A model generated the notes under the pieces. It was not told the origin of the DNA. It ran no database searches and worked only from the letters and a program-made list of their open reading frames with translations. DNA of 44,005 nt from Vectrevirus T205P4: sequence record OZ035727.1; one strand, 5' to 3'. Every line of letters begins with the position of its first letter. Positions within the stretch are counted from its first letter, which is position 1. Shown in pieces: positions 33,540 to 43,856 of the stretch. Both the position numbers and the translations under genes were made by a program.

Positions 33540-35941
33540 TGGAAGTACAAGGTTCATTAGGTAGACAAATCCAAGGGATTAGCCAGCAGCCTCCAGCGGT
33601 ACGTCTTGATGGTCAATGTACGACTATGGTGAACATGGTCCCTGATGTAGTGAATGGAACTCAATCCCGCATGGGTACAACTCACATTGCTAAGCTCTTG
33701 GATGAAGGTACAGATAATATGGCAACGCACCATTATCGCAGGGGTGAGGGAGATGAAGAGTATTTCTTCACCTTAAAGAAGGGGCAAGTGCCAGAGATAT
33801 TTGATAAGCATGGACGCAAGTGCAATGTCATCTCTCAAGATGCACCTATTGCCTACCTTTCTGAAGTTGTTAACCCTAGGGAAGATGTGCAATTCATGAC
33901 TATAGCTGATGTTACTTTTATGCTTAACCGTAGGAAAGTGGTTAAAGTTAGTAATAGGAAGTCACCTAAAGTTGGAGATAAAGCCATTGTGTTTTGTGCA
34001 TATGGTCAATACGGTACATCTTATTCCATTGTAATTAATGGGGCCAACGCTGCTAGTTTTAAAACACCGGATGGTGGAAGTGCAGACCATGTTGAACAAA
34101 TTCGAACTGAACGTATCACTTCTGAATTGTACTCTAAGTTGCAGCAATGGAGCGGTGTGAGTGACTATGAAATACAAAGAGACGGTACTAGTATATTTAT
34201 CGAGAGACGGGATGGTGCTAGCTTTACAATAACAACCACCGATGGTGCAAAAGGTAAGGACTTAGTGGCTATCAAGAATAAAGTTAGCTCTACTGACCTA
34301 CTCCCTTCTCGTGCTCCTGCTGGTTATAAAGTACAAGTGTGGCCTACTGGCAGCAAACCTGAGTCTCGTTACTGGCTGCAAGCTGAGCCTAAAGAGGGAA
34401 ACCTTGTATCTTGGAAAGAAACAATAGCTGCCGATGTATTACTTGGGTTTGATAAAGGCACAATGCCTTACATTATTGAACGTACAGGTATCATCAACGG
34501 CATAGCTCAATTCAAGATAAGACAAGGTGATTGGGAAGATCGTAAAGTAGGGGATGACTTGACTAACCCTATGCCCTCTTTTATTGATGAGGAAGTACCC
34601 CAGACAATAGGTGGAATGTTCATGGTGCAGAACCGCCTATGCTTTACAGCAGGTGAAGCGGTTATTGCTTCTCGTACATCATACTTCTTCGATTTCTTTC
34701 GTTATACGGTTATCTCTGCATTGGCAACTGACCCATTTGATATTTTCTCAGATGCTAGCGAAGTCTACCAGCTAAAACATGCAGTGACCTTAGATGGCGC
34801 TACCGTGTTGTTCTCTGATAAGTCACAATTCATACTGCCAGGCGATAAGCCTTTAGAGAAGTCAAATGCATTGCTTAAGCCTGTTACAACATTTGAAGTG
34901 AACAATAAAGTGAAGCCAGTAGTAACTGGTGAATCGGTAATGTTTGCCACTAATGATGGTTCTTACTCTGGTGTACGAGAGTTCTATACAGACTCTTATA
35001 GTGACACTAAGAAGGCACAAGCAATCACAAGTCATGTGAATAAACTCATCGAAGGTAACATTACCAACATGGCAGCAAGCACCAATGTCAACAGGTTACT
35101 TGTCACTACCGATAAGTATCGTAACATAATCTACTGCTACGATTGGTTATGGCAAGGAACAGACCGTGTACAATCAGCATGGCATGTATGGAAGTGGCCT
35201 ATAGGTACAAAGGTGCGAGGTATGTTTTATTCTGGTGAATTACTTTACCTGCTCCTTGAGCGAGGGGATGGCGTATATCTGGAGAGGATGGACATGGGTG
35301 ATGCACTAACCTACGGTTTGAATGACCGCATCAGAATGGATAGGCAAGCAGAGTTAGTCTTCAAGTATTTTAAAGCAGAAGATGAATGGGTGTCTGAACC
35401 GCTTCCTTGGACTCCTACTAACCCAGAACTTTTAGATTGCATCTTAATCGAGGGTTGGGATTCATATATTGGTGGCTCTTTCTTATTCAAGTACAACCCT
35501 AGTGACAATACTTTGTCTACAACCTTTGATATGTATGATGACAGTCATGTAAAAGCGAAGGTTATTGTTGGTCAGATTTACCCTCAAGAGTTTGAACCTA
35601 CACCTGTGGTTATCAGAGACAATCAAGACCGTGTATCCTATATTGATGTACCAGTTGTAGGATTGGTTCACCTTAATCTTGACATGTACCCCGATTTCTC
35701 CGTAGAAGTTAAGAATGTGAAGAGTGGTAAAGTACGTAGAGTATTAGCGTCAAACCGTATAGGTGGTGCTCTCAATAATACAGTAGGCTATGTTGAACCG
35801 AGAGAAGGTGTCTTCAGATTTCCACTGAGAGCTAAGAGCACGGATGTTGTTTATCGTATTATTGTAGAGGCACCCCATACATTCCAGCTTCGTGATATTG
35901 AGTGGGAAGGGAGCTACAATCCAACCAAAAGGAGGGTCTAA
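33539..35941 (+). CDS. Tail tubular protein B (gp12-like), about 800 aa
   Basis: N-terminal GISQQP motif as in T7 gp12; TAATG coupling to the upstream gene. Confidence 0.88.
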   Translation: MEVQGSLGRQIQGISQQPPAVRLDGQCTTMVNMVPDVVNGTQSRMGTTHIAKLLDEGTDNMATHHYRRGEGDEEYFFTLKKGQVPEIFDKHGRKCNVISQDAPIAYLSEVVNPREDVQFMTIADVTFMLNRRKVVKVSNRKSPKVGDKAIVFCAYGQYGTSYSIVINGANAASFKTPDGGSADHVEQIRTERITSELYSKLQQWSGVSDYEIQRDGTSIFIERRDGASFTITTTDGAKGKDLVAIKNKVSSTDLLPSRAPAGYKVQVWPTGSKPESRYWLQAEPKEGNLVSWKETIAADVLLGFDKGTMPYIIERTGIINGIAQFKIRQGDWEDRKVGDDLTNPMPSFIDEEVPQTIGGMFMVQNRLCFTAGEAVIASRTSYFFDFFRYTVISALATDPFDIFSDASEVYQLKHAVTLDGATVLFSDKSQFILPGDKPLEKSNALLKPVTTFEVNNKVKPVVTGESVMFATNDGSYSGVREFYTDSYSDTKKAQAITSHVNKLIEGNITNMAASTNVNRLLVTTDKYRNIIYCYDWLWQGTDRVQSAWHVWKWPIGTKVRGMFYSGELLYLLLERGDGVYLERMDMGDALTYGLNDRIRMDRQAELVFKYFKAEDEWVSEPLPWTPTNPELLDCILIEGWDSYIGGSFLFKYNPSDNTLSTTFDMYDDSHVKAKVIVGQIYPQEFEPTPVVIRDNQDRVSYIDVPVVGLVHLNLDMYPDFSVEVKNVKSGKVRRVLASNRIGGALNNTVGYVEPREGVFRFPLRAKSTDVVYRIIVEAPHTFQLRDIEWEGSYNPTKRRV

Positions 35942-36687
35942 TGGCTATAGGTTCAGCCGTTATGGCTGGTATGTCTTCTATTGGTAGTATGTTTGCAGGT
36001 AGCGGTACAGCAGCCGCTGCTGGTGGTACTGCCGCAGCAGCAGGAGGGACAGCCGCCGCAGGTGGCGGAGGTTTGCTTGGCTCCCTTGGTAGTTTCTTAG
36101 GAGGTTCTTCTGCTGGCTTCTCTAATGCAGGACTGCTTAGTGCAGGTATGCAAGGTCTTGGTCTTCTAGGCAATCTTTTTGGTGGAAGTGATGAAGCCAA
36201 AGCTATGAAGAAAGCTCAGGAGGAGCAATGGCGGCAGCAGTTAATTGCTACACAAGAAGCATATAAGACAGTGGCAGATGCAGAACGCTCTGCTGCTAAA
36301 CAGTATCATGCGGATGCAATAAGCAATCAGGCTTCACTGCTACAGCAAAGAGCGCAGGTTGCACTACTTGCAGGTGCAACTGGCACTGGTGGTAACTCTA
36401 TATCTTCTATGCTGAATGACTTAGCAGCAGAGGGCGGGAGGAACCAGAGTACAATTATTGATAACTATGAGAATCAGAAGATTAACTTCACCAATCAGCT
36501 TAAGTCTATCCAGCGAGGTGGACAGATGCAGATGCGTGAGTTTAAGAAGCCTTCTGCCGTGAGCACCTTGGTGCAAGGTATACCGAGTCTGGCATCTGCC
36601 TATGTAACAGGTAGTAAGTCCGGCATGGCTTTAGGTAAAGCTTTAACTGATTCTCGTACATATTCATCTGGAACAAGAGGTATTTAA
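35941..36687 (+). CDS. Internal virion protein (gp14-like, Gly/Ala-rich N-terminus), about 249 aa
   Basis: AGGAGGG RBS; first of three internal-core genes. Confidence 0.7.
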   Translation: MAIGSAVMAGMSSIGSMFAGSGTAAAAGGTAAAAGGTAAAGGGGLLGSLGSFLGGSSAGFSNAGLLSAGMQGLGLLGNLFGGSDEAKAMKKAQEEQWRQQLIATQEAYKTVADAERSAAKQYHADAISNQASLLQQRAQVALLAGATGTGGNSISSMLNDLAAEGGRNQSTIIDNYENQKINFTNQLKSIQRGGQMQMREFKKPSAVSTLVQGIPSLASAYVTGSKSGMALGKALTDSRTYSSGTRGI

Positions 36688-39635
36688 TGGCAATTGAGCG
36701 ACAAGCAGTACAAGGTCTGCCACAAGTGCAGGCCACTTCTCCTAATGTCATGACCTTTGCACCTCAGCGAGTTGGAGGTGTGGAGGCTGGCGTAGCTTCT
36801 ACCTCCGGTAGTCGATTTATCGAAGACCTTATTCGAGCAGCCAGTAGTGTAGCTGATGTAACCACTGGTATCCTTAATCAAAAGATTGAGGAAGATAAGG
36901 TTGTTCAAATGGAACGGGCATATAACGGATTAATGCCTTCTGAGGATGCAACTCGTGGTGGCGCTCGTGCTAACATGCTTGTCAAAGCTCAACTGCTAGC
37001 TAATGATGAAGCAGCACGAATGAAAGACATGGCTACTCGTTTCCAAGGAACGGATGACGAGTGGACACAACTTATGGTTGACTCTCGTAATGAGATGCAG
37101 AATAAGCTGTTCCAGCAATACCCTGAGTTGCAAGGTGACAAAGATACTATGCGTATGGTCACTAATGTCTTCCAAGAACAGCAGCCTCAGATTTGGGCTA
37201 CACGAACCCAGCATAAACTTGACCGTGAACAAGCAGACCGTGAGGATACCTTTGACGGGCGAGTGGCTTCTACTTGGGATTCTAATATTGACCCTGAAGC
37301 CTCTGGCTATGCTTTACAGGAACGAATCCGCGAAGGTCTTACTCAAGGATTACTACCTGAACAGATGCACAAGAAGTTAGTCCAGCGAGCAATTTCACTT
37401 GCACAAGGCGGTGATGTTAGCATGGCTGAAGCCCTGAAGTATGTGAAGGACGATAAGGGTGTTTCTGTTTATGCTAAGAATCCACAGCTTATCACAGCCA
37501 TCACTAGTGGTAATGCAGTTTGGGCTAGGAATAATGTAGCTGATGTAACTCGTATGTCTTTCGAAGTTAAAGAATCCTACCTTGCAGGTGATTTAACTGA
37601 TGAAGAATTGTTGGAACGAGCACAGCACATTAATAATCTGACAGGTAACTCTGTCTTCTCTAATCCAGAGCTAGAGGCACTGATGCGCCAACGGGCTAAG
37701 CAGAATGCAGAGCTAGGTGCAATGCAGGATATGCGACGTGAGCTTTACTCCGACCGCCTGACTGGCTTCCAAGGTAAGACTGATAAAGAGAAGAAGGCTT
37801 ACATTGATGTTATCAAACAAGATAGCCAACTTTATGCAGACCAGCAAATCAAACAACGTGGCTTGGACCCTTACAGTCAAGAGGCTGAAGCTATTCGTGG
37901 TGCAGTGGAAGTGCAGCGCCTACAATTCATGAACTCCAAAGGCTTAGTGGATGATACCTTTGAGTCTCGTATCAAAGCCATGGAATCTATGCTATCGCCT
38001 GAGCACTTTGCCAAGGGCGAACCACAAGAGTTGATGACTATTCGCCAGTTGTGGGAACAGTTGCCAGAAGAGAGCCGAGGTGTCTTTGGTGACACGGTGA
38101 ATGGCTACATGGATAACTACAACACTGCACTACAAATGGGAGAGACACCTTTGCAGGCTGCAAGGTTTGCGCGTGAAGCACAGCAGAAATTCTCTCGTAC
38201 TGAGAAGGAAACCAAGAAGTTCAACTCAGCTATTGGAGAGGCACTGGATGAGGTGTCTGGTGCTGGCTGGTTTGATGGTAAAACCGAAGTGTCAGACTTA
38301 GGTAAAGCTATTGCGGAAGAAGAGTTACGAGCTAAGGCCAATATGTTGTGGTCTAGTGGTATGCGTAACATGGATTCCATCAAGAAGGCTTTAATTACTT
38401 GGGGCAATAAACGCTACACTCAATCAGAGGATGCAAAGACTTCCGGTGGCTATTTCATTAAAGGTGATTACACTTCTGCATCTGATATGCTTATGTCAGT
38501 TGGGAAAGGCGTAAACCCTACCGATGTACCTCTGGCGCTTGGTAGGTATGTAGAAACACAGATGCCAGAATTGAAGAAGGAGCTTCAAGAGTGGGAAACT
38601 AAAGATGATATATACATTGATTACAATGAACAGAAAGGAACTTTTGTGATTCGTGCTGGTGCAGCAGGTCGCCCTCTTTCTGGAGTAATCCCTGTAACCT
38701 CTTTAGATACTACTTCACTACTAGATTCTGCCTATCAGAAGAAAGTAGAGGAACGAGATAAAGGCGAGTATGTTCACCCGTATCGTACAGATATTGGTGC
38801 ACAAGAGCCTATGCCAGCTAAACCAACTGCCAAAGATATTGGTAAATTTGGACTAGCTAACTTCCTCATGTCTTCTGCTTTTGCTTCTGGTGAGAATCTG
38901 CCTTCTAACTTCGAGATTAACTATCGAGGTAATATGCAACAATTCTATGACAAGCTAGCTATGGATGAGAATAAAGATAAAGTTGGCTTTAATAAGGCAA
39001 CTGGAACCTTTACTCCATATAAAGACGCTCACGGTGAGTCTATCGGTTACGGTCATTTCTTAACGGAAGAAGAGAAGCGAAACGGGTATATTAAGATTGG
39101 CGATGAACTAGTTCCCTATCGAGGGTCTATGTCTCAGCTTACAGAGAGCAAGGCTCGCGCCCTTATGGAGCAAGATGCTAAGAAGCATGTGCCTCCTACT
39201 CGTGACTGGAAGATTCCGTTTGACCAGATGCATCCTGCACAGCAACGTGGCTTGATGGATTTAACCTACAATTTAGGTAAAGGTGGAATCCAGAACTCAC
39301 CGCGTGCTCTTGCTGCATTCAAAGCTGGTAAGCTTACGGAGGGTTTTATCGAAATGCTGGGCACTGCATCAAGTGAAGGTAAGCGTATTCCTGGCCTACT
39401 GAAGCGACGCGCTGAGGCATACAATATGGCATCTGCTGGTGGTGTGCCTAAGATTACCGAAGTGGAGACTCGTGAAGATGGCTCCATGTGGGTTAGGTTT
39501 GGTGGACCTATGCCAGCAGGTTCTGTCTCGGCATGGACTCATAAACGTATTGGCGCGGATGGTTGGTATCAGGTTTATGAGGCTGCACCTACCAAGTTAG
39601 CTAAAGGTTCTAAGGTAGGTAAAGTTAAGTTGTAG
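36687..39635 (+). CDS. Internal virion (ejection) protein with C-terminal lysozyme-like peptidoglycan hydrolase domain, 982 aa
   Basis: C-terminal region ESIGYGHFLT ... LMDLTYNLGKGG ... GKRIPGLLKRRAEAY resembles T4/lambda-type lysozyme folds. Confidence 0.8.
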   Translation: MAIERQAVQGLPQVQATSPNVMTFAPQRVGGVEAGVASTSGSRFIEDLIRAASSVADVTTGILNQKIEEDKVVQMERAYNGLMPSEDATRGGARANMLVKAQLLANDEAARMKDMATRFQGTDDEWTQLMVDSRNEMQNKLFQQYPELQGDKDTMRMVTNVFQEQQPQIWATRTQHKLDREQADREDTFDGRVASTWDSNIDPEASGYALQERIREGLTQGLLPEQMHKKLVQRAISLAQGGDVSMAEALKYVKDDKGVSVYAKNPQLITAITSGNAVWARNNVADVTRMSFEVKESYLAGDLTDEELLERAQHINNLTGNSVFSNPELEALMRQRAKQNAELGAMQDMRRELYSDRLTGFQGKTDKEKKAYIDVIKQDSQLYADQQIKQRGLDPYSQEAEAIRGAVEVQRLQFMNSKGLVDDTFESRIKAMESMLSPEHFAKGEPQELMTIRQLWEQLPEESRGVFGDTVNGYMDNYNTALQMGETPLQAARFAREAQQKFSRTEKETKKFNSAIGEALDEVSGAGWFDGKTEVSDLGKAIAEEELRAKANMLWSSGMRNMDSIKKALITWGNKRYTQSEDAKTSGGYFIKGDYTSASDMLMSVGKGVNPTDVPLALGRYVETQMPELKKELQEWETKDDIYIDYNEQKGTFVIRAGAAGRPLSGVIPVTSLDTTSLLDSAYQKKVEERDKGEYVHPYRTDIGAQEPMPAKPTAKDIGKFGLANFLMSSAFASGENLPSNFEINYRGNMQQFYDKLAMDENKDKVGFNKATGTFTPYKDAHGESIGYGHFLTEEEKRNGYIKIGDELVPYRGSMSQLTESKARALMEQDAKKHVPPTRDWKIPFDQMHPAQQRGLMDLTYNLGKGGIQNSPRALAAFKAGKLTEGFIEMLGTASSEGKRIPGLLKRRAEAYNMASAGGVPKITEVETREDGSMWVRFGGPMPAGSVSAWTHKRIGADGWYQVYEAAPTKLAKGSKVGKVKL

Positions 39636-39652
39636 TACCTAACTCAAGGCTT

Positions 39653-39668
39653 GTCTCACATGTGAGAC
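39653..39668. repeat. 16-bp palindrome GTCTCACATGTGAGAC, copy 6 (extended GCTTGTCTCACATGTGAGACAGG)
   Basis: Between the two large internal virion protein genes; same extended form as copy 3. Confidence 0.8.
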
Positions 39669-39699
39669 AGGTCTTTATGATAGGCACTATGGAGGAATT

Positions 39700-42600
39700 A
39701 TGGAACAAGACATTAAGACTAATTGGGCTGGATATGTCCAGTCTACTCCTGAGCCGTTTTCTATTGAGGCGGCTCCGGTATCGGCTCCTACGATACGCCA
39801 GCGTAATGAGTTACAAGAGCAAGTTCTTGAAGCTAAAGCTGACGCTGATATTTTAGGTGCTGTAGGTGCTGCCTTCCAGAATGAGTGGTTGGCATTCGGA
39901 GGCAAGCGGTGGTATGACCGTGCCACTGCTGATTTCACACCTCAACCAGACTTTGAGATACAACCTGAGCAACGTGAAGCACTACGTTTCAAATATGGTA
40001 CGGATATGATGCAGACAATCACTGAGGGTGTTCGTTCTGAGGATGAATTGAACTTCCGTATTCAGAATGCTGATGAAGATCTTGAGCGCAATAAGCGCAT
40101 TGCTCAGGCTGGCTGGGTTGGCTCTGTGGCGACGATTGGCGCTGCTGTGCTTGACCCTGTGGGATGGGTTGCCTCTATTCCAACCGGTGGTGCCGCTAAA
40201 GTTGGACTCGTAGGCCGTGCTGTGCGTGGCGCTATCGCCGCTGGCGTGAGTAATGCCGCTATTGAATCCATATTGGTCCAAGGTGACATGACTCGTGATT
40301 TAGATGACATTATGGTAGCACTAGGTTCCGGTATGGCTATGGGTGGCGTTATTGGCGCTGTAGCGCGTGGTAGGGCCGCTAAGCTCAGTGAGCAAGGTGA
40401 TGACAGGGCTGCGAACGTTGTGCGCAGTGCAGACGCAGGGGACCGCTATGTTCGTGCTGTTGCCGATGACAGTATCGGTGCGATGCGTGTTAAGGGCGCA
40501 GAGGTTCTAACTGAGGGTGCATTCGATATCTCCAGTAAGGGTGAAGACCTACTGAAAACCTTGCAACGAGAAGGTAATGCGATTGATATGACACCTCGCC
40601 GTTGGGCTGGAACTTTGTCTGCCCTCGGTACTGTCGTGCACTCATCTAAAGATGCAAGCATCCGAGGCCTTGGTGCTCGTCTGTTTGAATCCCCACAAGG
40701 TCTAGGTATGCAGAAGGCATCTGCTAGTCTTATGCAGAATACTAACTTAAATCGCCTGAAGTCTGCCGATATGAACCGTTTTAATGATGGATTTGATTTG
40801 TGGCTTAAAGAGAATAATATCAACCCAGTAGCAGGGCATACCAACTCTCATTATGTACAGCAATACAATGAAAAGGTGTGGGAGGCAGTGCGTATTGGCA
40901 TGGATGAGTCTACACCTAAATCTATCCGCATGGCTGCTGAGGGACAACAGGCTATGTACAGAGAGGCGCTGGCTTTACGTCAACGTTCTGGTGAAGCGGG
41001 ATTTGAAAAGGTAAAAGCCGACAACAAATATATGCCTGATATCTTTGATAGTATGAAAGCCAGACGTCAATTCGATATGCACGATAAAGAAGACATCATC
41101 GAACTTTTCTCTCGTGCCTACCAGAATGGCGCTCGTAAGATTCCAAAGGAAGCAGCAGATGAGATTGCACGAGCACAGGTAAATCGCGTTGCTGATGCTA
41201 CCTTAACTGGAAAGCTTAGTTTTGAAAAGGCAATGTCAGGTCAGACTAAGGCAGAGTATGAAGCTATCATGCGTAAGGCAGGCTTCAGTGATGAAGAAAT
41301 TGAAAAGATGATAGAAGCTCTGGATAACAAAGAAACCAGAGATAACATCTCTAACCGAGCTAAAATGAGTTTAGGATTAGATGTTACTCAAGAATACAAT
41401 GGCATTCGTATGCGTGACTTCATGAATACCAACGTGGAAGAGCTAACAGATAACTATATGAAGGAAGCAGCAGGTGGCGCTGCATTGGCTCGCCAAGGCT
41501 TCTCTACCTATCAGGCTGCACTTAATGCAATTGACCTTGTAGAGCGAAATGCACGAAACGCGGCTAAGGATAGCAAGGCTAGTTTGGCATTAGATGAAGA
41601 GATTCGTCAGATGCGAGAAGGTCTTCGCCTGATTATGGGCAAGTCGATTGATGCAGACCCACAAGCTATATCTACTAAGATGATGCGTCGTGGTCGTGAT
41701 ATCACAGGTGTGCTTCGCTTAGGTCAGATGGGCTTCGCACAGCTAGGTGAACTTGCTAACTTCATGGGTGAGTTTGGTATTGCTGCCACCACTATGGCTT
41801 TAGGTAAGCAATTCCGCTTCACCTCTAAGGCGTTGCGTAATGGCGATGGCTTCTTTCGAGATAAGAATTTAGCTGAGGTTGAGCGAATGGTAGGTTACAT
41901 CGGTGAGGATAACTGGCTAACAACTAAGGGTGCGCGTCCAGATGAGTTTGGTGATGTAACCACAGTGCGAGGTATGATGGCCCATTTTGACCAGTCCATG
42001 AACTCTATACGACGTGCTCAGACAAACCTATCCCTCTTCCGCATGGCACAGGGTTCTCTGGAGCGAATGACCAATAGGCAAATAGCTTTGTCTTTCATTG
42101 ACCACCTTGAAGGCAAGAAGATTATTCCTCAGAAGAAACTGGAGGAACTTGGTCTTACTCAGGAGTTCATGACTAACCTACAGAAGCACTATGATGCTAA
42201 CTCTAAAGGTTCTGGCTTGCTTGGCTTTGATACAATGCCTTATGCCATGGGTGAAACTTTAGCTAATGCTATTCGTCGTAAGTCAGGTCTAATTATCCAA
42301 CGTAACTTCATTGGTGATGAAGGTATCTGGATGAACAAAGCACTAGGTAAGACATTTGCACAGCTTAAGTCATTCTCTCTTGTATCTGGTGAGAAGCAAT
42401 TTGGTCGAGGGATTCGCCACGATAAGATTGGTCTAGCTAAGAAGACAGCCTTTGGCTTTGCTTTGGGTTCGATGGTGTATGCAGCGAAAGCCTATGTGAA
42501 CTCTATTGGACGAGAAGACCAAGATGAATATCTGGAAGAGAAGTTATCGCCTAAAGGGTTGGCCTTTGGTGCAATGGGTATGATGAGTACAACTGCTGTA

Positions 42601-42885
42601 TTTAGTCTAGGTGGAGATTTCTTAGGTGGCCTAGGTGTTCTACCTTCTGAGTTAGTACAATCCCGTTATGAGGCTGGCTTTCAGACTAAGGGTTTGATAG
42701 ACCAAATACCACTAGTAGGTGTTGGTCAAGATGCATATCGTTTAGCAGATTCTATAACTAAATATGCAGAGGGTGATACAGAAGGTGTAGATGTGGCACG
42801 TAGGGCTTTACGCTTAGTGCCTCTAACTAATGTAATAGGAATCCAGAACGCATTGCGTTATGGCTTAGATGAACTGGAGGATTGA
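39700..42885 (+). CDS. Large internal virion (ejection/core) protein, 1061 aa
   Basis: GGAGGA RBS; size and position of the largest T7-group core protein. Confidence 0.8.
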   Translation: MEQDIKTNWAGYVQSTPEPFSIEAAPVSAPTIRQRNELQEQVLEAKADADILGAVGAAFQNEWLAFGGKRWYDRATADFTPQPDFEIQPEQREALRFKYGTDMMQTITEGVRSEDELNFRIQNADEDLERNKRIAQAGWVGSVATIGAAVLDPVGWVASIPTGGAAKVGLVGRAVRGAIAAGVSNAAIESILVQGDMTRDLDDIMVALGSGMAMGGVIGAVARGRAAKLSEQGDDRAANVVRSADAGDRYVRAVADDSIGAMRVKGAEVLTEGAFDISSKGEDLLKTLQREGNAIDMTPRRWAGTLSALGTVVHSSKDASIRGLGARLFESPQGLGMQKASASLMQNTNLNRLKSADMNRFNDGFDLWLKENNINPVAGHTNSHYVQQYNEKVWEAVRIGMDESTPKSIRMAAEGQQAMYREALALRQRSGEAGFEKVKADNKYMPDIFDSMKARRQFDMHDKEDIIELFSRAYQNGARKIPKEAADEIARAQVNRVADATLTGKLSFEKAMSGQTKAEYEAIMRKAGFSDEEIEKMIEALDNKETRDNISNRAKMSLGLDVTQEYNGIRMRDFMNTNVEELTDNYMKEAAGGAALARQGFSTYQAALNAIDLVERNARNAAKDSKASLALDEEIRQMREGLRLIMGKSIDADPQAISTKMMRRGRDITGVLRLGQMGFAQLGELANFMGEFGIAATTMALGKQFRFTSKALRNGDGFFRDKNLAEVERMVGYIGEDNWLTTKGARPDEFGDVTTVRGMMAHFDQSMNSIRRAQTNLSLFRMAQGSLERMTNRQIALSFIDHLEGKKIIPQKKLEELGLTQEFMTNLQKHYDANSKGSGLLGFDTMPYAMGETLANAIRRKSGLIIQRNFIGDEGIWMNKALGKTFAQLKSFSLVSGEKQFGRGIRHDKIGLAKKTAFGFALGSMVYAAKAYVNSIGREDQDEYLEEKLSPKGLAFGAMGMMSTTAVFSLGGDFLGGLGVLPSELVQSRYEAGFQTKGLIDQIPLVGVGQDAYRLADSITKYAEGDTEGVDVARRALRLVPLTNVIGIQNALRYGLDELED

Positions 42886-43847
42886 TGAGTTATACTTTCA
42901 CAGAACATATAGCCAACGGTACGCAAGTAACCTATCCCTTTAGATTTGCTGGCAGGGATAAAGGCTATCTTCGTGCCTCAGATGTGATAGTGGAATCTCT
43001 TCAAGGTAACACTTGGATTGAGGTTACATCTGGCTGGCAATTAACTGGTACGCATCAAATCACTTTTGATGTAGCACCTGTTGCAGGTTTGAAGTTCCGT
43101 ATTCGAAGGGAAGTACAAAAGGAATATCCATACGCTGAGTTTGACCGTGGTGTTACCTTGGATATGAAGTCTTTAAATGGCTCTTTCATTCATATACTGG
43201 AGATTACACAGGAGTTACTTGATGGGTTTTATCCAGAAGGATACTTCATTAAACAGAATGTAAGCTGGGGCGGCAATAAGATTACTGATTTGGCTGATGG
43301 CACAAATCCGGGAGATGCAGTAAATAAGGGGCAGCTTGATGCCATCGACAAGAAGCATACAGATTGGAACGCCAAACAGGACATTGAGATTGCTGGCCTT
43401 AAGGCTGGTATGACTTCTGGTATTGCGCACAGAACTGTTCCTTGGTACACGATAGCCCAAGGTGGTGAGATTTCCGTAAAACCACCTTATGAATTTCAAG
43501 ATGCACTAGTTTTCCTTAATGGGGTATTGCAGCACCAAATTGTAGGCGCATACTCTATAAGCAACAACACTATCACTTTCGCAGAGCCGCTTGTGGCTGG
43601 TACAGAGGTGTATGTGTTGATTGGTAGTCGTGTGGCTACATCTGAACCTAATATTCAGTTAGAGTTGAACTTTGACTTAGTAGAAGGCCAACAAGTAGTA
43701 CAGATTGGCTCTGCATTTAAGTACATTGAGGTCTACCTTGATGGATTATTACAACCTAAACTTGCTTATCAGGTAGACGGTGACATTGTTACTTTCTCAG
43801 AGGGAGTGCCAGAATGCCGGATGACTGCTAAGATTATCACAGAATAA
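42885..43847 (+). CDS. Tail fiber adaptor protein (homolog of the T7 gp17 N-terminal tail-attachment domain), about 320 aa
   Basis: N-terminal region parallels the T7 gp17 tail-binding domain in pattern; lacks a receptor-binding domain, consistent with an adaptor that carries the two tailspikes. Confidence 0.85.
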   Translation: MSYTFTEHIANGTQVTYPFRFAGRDKGYLRASDVIVESLQGNTWIEVTSGWQLTGTHQITFDVAPVAGLKFRIRREVQKEYPYAEFDRGVTLDMKSLNGSFIHILEITQELLDGFYPEGYFIKQNVSWGGNKITDLADGTNPGDAVNKGQLDAIDKKHTDWNAKQDIEIAGLKAGMTSGIAHRTVPWYTIAQGGEISVKPPYEFQDALVFLNGVLQHQIVGAYSISNNTITFAEPLVAGTEVYVLIGSRVATSEPNIQLELNFDLVEGQQVVQIGSAFKYIEVYLDGLLQPKLAYQVDGDIVTFSEGVPECRMTAKIITE

Positions 43848-43856
43848 GGAGGTGGG

